Assembly (NCBI GenBank): GCA_003208875.1
Contig: QCUR01000002.1
Span: 1 to 64,000 of the forward strand
Direction of reading: 5' to 3'
DNA: 64,000 nt
Origin: Prochlorococcus sp. AG-679-M23
GTDB taxonomy: Bacteria > Cyanobacteriota > Cyanobacteriia > PCC-6307 > Cyanobiaceae
Position 1 is the stretch's first letter. The number at the start of each line of letters is the position of its first letter. Shown piece after piece: positions 63,614 to 64,000 of the stretch. The notes under the pieces were generated by a model. The model was not told the DNA's origin. It did no database searches and was given only the letters and a program-made list of their open reading frames with translations. Made by a program: the position numbers and the translations under genes.

Positions 63614-64000
63614 TTAACTTGTTACTTCAATGTTTACTTCCGCACTTACTTCTTGATGTAGTTTTATCTTTGCAACGAAAGAACCTAAATTATGAATATC
63701 TGGGACAGTTATGTCTCTTCTATCAATATCTTTTTTCGTAGCTGCCTCTATAGCTTCAGCAACATCTCCATTAGTAACAGTTCCAAAAAGGACACCATCT
63801 TCTCCAACTTGTTTCTTGATTGTAAATCTACCAATAGTTGCTAGTGCGGTTTTAAAGTCGATAGCTTCTTGTTTTACTTTCTCTGCAGCAATTTTTTCTT
63901 TTGCTCTTTTTCGTTCAATTTGTTTCAGAATTGAGGGAGTTACATTAGTTGCTTTACCAAATGGTAATAAAAAATTCCTTGCATAACCAGGGGCTACTTC
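63614..64000 (-). CDS. rplI: 50S ribosomal protein L9 (5' end outside the window)
   Basis: Manual translation from the window edge gives [13 protein letters not shown]...LFGTVT...[16 protein letters not shown]; not in the ORF track. Confidence 0.95.
   Translation of the reverse strand, partial: EVAPGYARNFLLPFGKATNVTPSILKQIERKRAKEKIAAEKVKQEAIDFKTALATIGRFTIKKQVGEDGVLFGTVTNGDVAEAIEAATKKDIDRRDITVPDIHNLGSFVAKIKLHQEVSAEVNIEVTS

Overview
AT-rich, densely coding cyanobacterial chromosome segment. Gene content, order and protein sequences point to a high-light Prochlorococcus marinus (MED4-like). The window spans the replication origin, shown in reverse relative to the usual dnaN-first orientation. 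Almost everything is core genome, in this order: ftsY (partial), nusB, queG, a gyrA/parC paralog, purF, purL, dnaN, oriC, thrC, recN, uvrA, sps, mraY, argG, rpsF, aroE, dnaK, purU, acnB, DAHP synthase, a group-2 sigma factor, ppk, cobA, pabC, pabB, queC, queE, pyrG, aspS, gcvT, speB, speE, mazG, tRNA-Val, valS, an ATP-dependent DNA ligase, a SprT-like protease, mnmG, dnaB and rplI (partial). I saw no CRISPR array, prophage, IS element or genomic island, and I cannot support a claim of a wholly new system. The most notable observations are: (1) a 1-bp frameshift in purF that separates the catalytic N-terminal Cys from the rest of the gene; (2) a complete DnaA-box/DnaA-trio unwinding module in oriC; (3) a phage-like ATP-dependent ligase in a core locus next to a SprT-family protease; (4) a structured rpsF leader resembling the S6:S18 motif; (5) a K-box-like element upstream of dnaK. 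All family assignments come from motif recognition; no database search was run.
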